Assembly (NCBI GenBank): GCA_963663475.2
Contig: CAXXJV010000001.1
Location: 1,056,001-1,120,000 of the forward strand
Origin: Candidatus Cloacimonadales bacterium
Lineage (GTDB): Bacteria > Cloacimonadota > Cloacimonadia > Cloacimonadales > JAFGVF01
DNA: 64,000 nt
Direction of reading: 5' to 3'
In this document: positions 61,452-64,000 of the stretch, piece after piece
Position numbering within the stretch: position 1 is the stretch's first letter
Layout: every line of letters starts with the position of its first letter
Notes under the pieces: model-generated
The model's database searches: none
Told to the model about the DNA's origin: nothing
What the model saw: the letters and a program-made list of their open reading frames with translations, nothing else
Made by a program: the position numbers and the translations under genes

Positions 61452-61633
61452 ACCCAAATAATGCAGTAGATCTTTGTGAATTTACTTGTAGCATCCTTAT
61501 TCCTTCCTTTACACTCTTTCGATGAAACCTGGACTTTCATCGAAAGAGTGTAAAGGAAGGAATAAGGATGAAAGGAGAAAAAAGTTGGTTTTCCAAATAG
61601 TACTTTCTCTAAATCCTACTACACCATTCGGGT
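61452..61633. mobile_element. Composite ACCC-ended repeat whose centre is replaced by a perfect 36-bp-arm palindrome (61492-61570)
   Basis: Left end ACCCAAATAATGCAGTAGATCTTTGTGAAT; right end CTACTACACCATTCGGGT. Confidence 0.65.
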
Positions 61634-61708
61634 TAAAAGAGAAGAAGAAAAAGCTCCAAGTGTCTAAAAAAATCAACACTCAGAGCTTAGAAAGGTTTGT
61701 AAATTAGC

Positions 61709-63022
61709 TTATTGTTTAGCGTACTTTTCTTGATTATCAATGAGAGCTTGTACAGGCTTCATTCCAAATGGAGAACCTTGTTCAATAGAGTTAAGAACAG
61801 CTCCACCACCAGTAAAGAAGTAGTAGTCATCTCGTTCGATAGCTTTTAAGTAAGTTTCATAAGCAACAGCTTTAAATTCTTGGAGAGTATCACCGCCACC
61901 AAACATTTTCATAGCAGCTTCATTCTTTGAGATAATATCATAGAGGTCTTTAGTTCCTTCGCTAAAGTGAGGAGCAAAACCCATAACTGCGTTACAGAAG
62001 AACATATTAGCTCGGGAGAAAATTTCTTTGATATGGCGTAAAGACCAAGTTTCCCAAGATACATCTAAGATATAATTTAGTTCTGTGCCTGGTTTTAAAT
62101 CATAAATAAAATGAGTACGGTATTTACCAGGTATCTTTTCACCTAAAACATCTGATTCCACGATATAAGGTAATTCCACAATTCTTTGAGGGAATTCATT
62201 TGCTTTTTCTAAGAAAACACGGGCGTGCTCAAGGTCTTTTTCAGTAATACCTTTTATTTTAAGGTCATATTTAACTGCCAAGTAGGCATTATAGATAACA
62301 CCACCCAATACCAAATAATCAACATGTTCTAGAAGATTATTTAAAGGTTTGATCTTTGTATCAAATTTAGAACCAGCGACTATACCTACGAAAGGTCTGC
62401 GAGGTTTGAATACTTGCTTAAGATGGGTAATCTCTTTTTGCATTAAAATTCCAGAGTAGGAAGGCATATAGTAGGTTGGCTTCATAGTAGAAGTATGTGG
62501 CTGCCAAGAACCAAAAGCATCATTAACAAAGACATCTGCGATATTAGCTAAGGCCTTACCTAAATCATCAGAATCTCCATTCATAGACTCTTCACCTCTA
62601 AACCATCTTGTATTAGGAAGATAAATCATGTCAATTTTATTATTTCTTAAGTCCTCTATGAGAGAGTATATTGATTCATCTTCAACCTCAATCCCGTTAT
62701 CCTCACGTTTATACCATTTAGGAATCTCAATATTTAACGATAACTTTGATTTCATATAATCTACAATTGGGGTAACTGAATCATCATCAGAAATAACTAT
62801 CTCTCCAGTTTTTTTATCTACTGGGCGACCATTGTGTGTCATTAAAATTAATTTCCCACCACGCAAGGCAATGTTTAATAAGGTAGGAACTGTAGCATCA
62901 ATACGTTCTGTGTCTTTTATTACACCATTTTTTACAACGTTATGGTCAACTCTTACTAAGACAATCTTGTCTTTTAAATCCGCATCTTGAATTCTTGGTA
63001 AATTACGATTTAACATCTTCAC
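61709..63022 (-). CDS. pgk: Phosphoglycerate kinase family protein (atypical motifs)
   Basis: VLVRVDHNV, THNGRP, PNTRW, FVNDAFG, GGGDT, FTGGGA. Confidence 0.85.
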   Translation of the reverse strand: MKMLNRNLPRIQDADLKDKIVLVRVDHNVVKNGVIKDTERIDATVPTLLNIALRGGKLILMTHNGRPVDKKTGEIVISDDDSVTPIVDYMKSKLSLNIEIPKWYKREDNGIEVEDESIYSLIEDLRNNKIDMIYLPNTRWFRGEESMNGDSDDLGKALANIADVFVNDAFGSWQPHTSTMKPTYYMPSYSGILMQKEITHLKQVFKPRRPFVGIVAGSKFDTKIKPLNNLLEHVDYLVLGGVIYNAYLAVKYDLKIKGITEKDLEHARVFLEKANEFPQRIVELPYIVESDVLGEKIPGKYRTHFIYDLKPGTELNYILDVSWETWSLRHIKEIFSRANMFFCNAVMGFAPHFSEGTKDLYDIISKNEAAMKMFGGGDTLQEFKAVAYETYLKAIERDDYYFFTGGGAVLNSIEQGSPFGMKPVQALIDNQEKYAKQ

Positions 63023-63208
63023 TCCCAGATATGTTCTTTATATAACCAAATAAAAGTATTTGATTAAAGTAGGCAAGTTTTTTTTTAAATTCAAGACTCT
63101 ATCTCGGACAGAAAGAATAAGCAATTTATTGATACTTAGAGGATGAAAGCGGAGTGAAATTGTGGAGAATGGATAAAACTTTAAAAGCAGATTTCTTGTC
63201 CTGCCTCC

Positions 63209-63236
63209 TGGAGGCTGTGGGATGAATTTCGAACTT
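63209..63236 (-). other. Degenerate tmRNA/tRNA-Ala-like 3'-end fragment (candidate att site)
   Basis: The minus strand reads AAGTTCGAAattcaTCCCACAGCCTCCA, followed by a terminator-like GCAG..CTGCTTTT; CTAGTAAAAAA is repeated twice at 63244-63267. Confidence 0.5.
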
Positions 63237-63555
63237 CTTAGATCTAGTAAAAAAGCTAGTAAAAAATTCCCTAATTGTATTATTATTTAATGTAACTATT
63301 TATAGATAATATGTTTACAGAACATTCCACTCCTACACTACGATTAAAAGTTTGTTAGCAATAATTATTAATTTGAAATAATGGTTATTAAAAAAATAAA
63401 AAAATTGACAAAAAATGTATCAATAAATTATTAGAAGTAATTAATTATACTTACATAGAGAGGTATAGAAATATATAGGGATGTAATGAGAAATTAATAC
63501 TTTGGATGAATTAGGAGCTTAAAATTGAGGATTTGTCGATACTTTATTAAAATAG

Positions 63556-64000
63556 TAATGAACCTACTTTATCAAAAAGATTAAGAGGAGAATTACAATT
63601 ATTTTTTTTCGGGAAGTGACTTTTCAATTATAGCTAATGAAAAATGGATTAATCATCAAGGGAATTTATTTAGACTAAGAGAGGAAGAAAAAATTGATAG
63701 AAATCTTTAGGACTTAGTTAAACATATCAATGGTGATAAATTAAAATTATCAAAACTCGGAGATATAAATTTACATATAAAGTACAGATTTGTACTTTAT
63801 ACTAATAGATGGTGTCATAATGATACTTATCAAAATGAAAGAACGTTCGAAGGCTGGACTGTTTACTTCAATTTTAATCAAGATAATATTAAATATCCTG
63901 CTCAAGTATTTGATGCTTTTGAGTATCTTTGGAACATTTCAAACGATGAAAAGATGTCTGCAAAAGACCTCCAATCTTATATAAATAAATTGACAGACTG
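63556..64000 (+). pseudogene. Degraded hypothetical gene running off the right edge
   Basis: Reading NEPTLSKRLRGELQLF shifts frame at a T8 run (~63602), has an in-frame TAG (~63707), then is open as DLVKHINGD...YTNRWCHNDTYQNERTFEGW...YPAQVFDAFEYLW to the window end. Confidence 0.55.

Noticed and set aside
63185..63260. Intact tRNA gene
   Set aside because: Only a T-arm/acceptor 3' fragment with an insertion is present; there is no D-arm, anticodon arm or 5' strand.
59992..63710. In-frame TAG codons (59992 and ~63707) as pyrrolysine or recoding
   Set aside because: Both occur in genes with other lesions (deletion, frameshift), and TAG ends several intact genes in the window.

Overview
AT-rich bacterial chromosomal region. 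Many proteins end in a 'YPNPFNP...G.Y..K...K.IL.K' C-terminal sorting domain, and the window carries a SprA-like translocon and a gingipain-type C25 peptidase. This points to an FCB-group anaerobe, probably Candidatus Cloacimonadota (inference). Housekeeping genes include hutH, a nitrilase-family hydrolase, coaX, rocD, a gcvT-like gene, an M29 aminopeptidase, aroK, blc and an atypical pgk. Accessory material is abundant. (i) An IS200-type HUH/Y1 (RAYT-like) gene is flanked by two 285-bp nested-palindrome direct repeats and an outer REP class. (ii) Three tandemly amplified arrays of T9SS-cargo genes show chimeric or mosaic members, and orphan gene fragments lie nearby. (iii) An Rrf2-preceded hcp cluster encodes a permease-less ABC ATPase, a HypB-like GTPase, a signal-peptide-less solute-binding protein and a small Cys-rich protein, with two candidate operators. 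(iv) A lipoprotein carries 249-bp tandem repeats and a C-terminal FGE-sulfatase (CLec) domain. (v) Dispersed palindromic repeats include a ~162-bp ACCC-ended MITE-like family. (vi) There is an IS4-family remnant. (vii) A tmRNA/tRNA-like 3'-end fragment near the right edge probably marks a genomic-island boundary. No rRNA, intact tRNA, CRISPR array or reverse transcriptase was seen. All family assignments come from motif recognition by eye, not from database searches.
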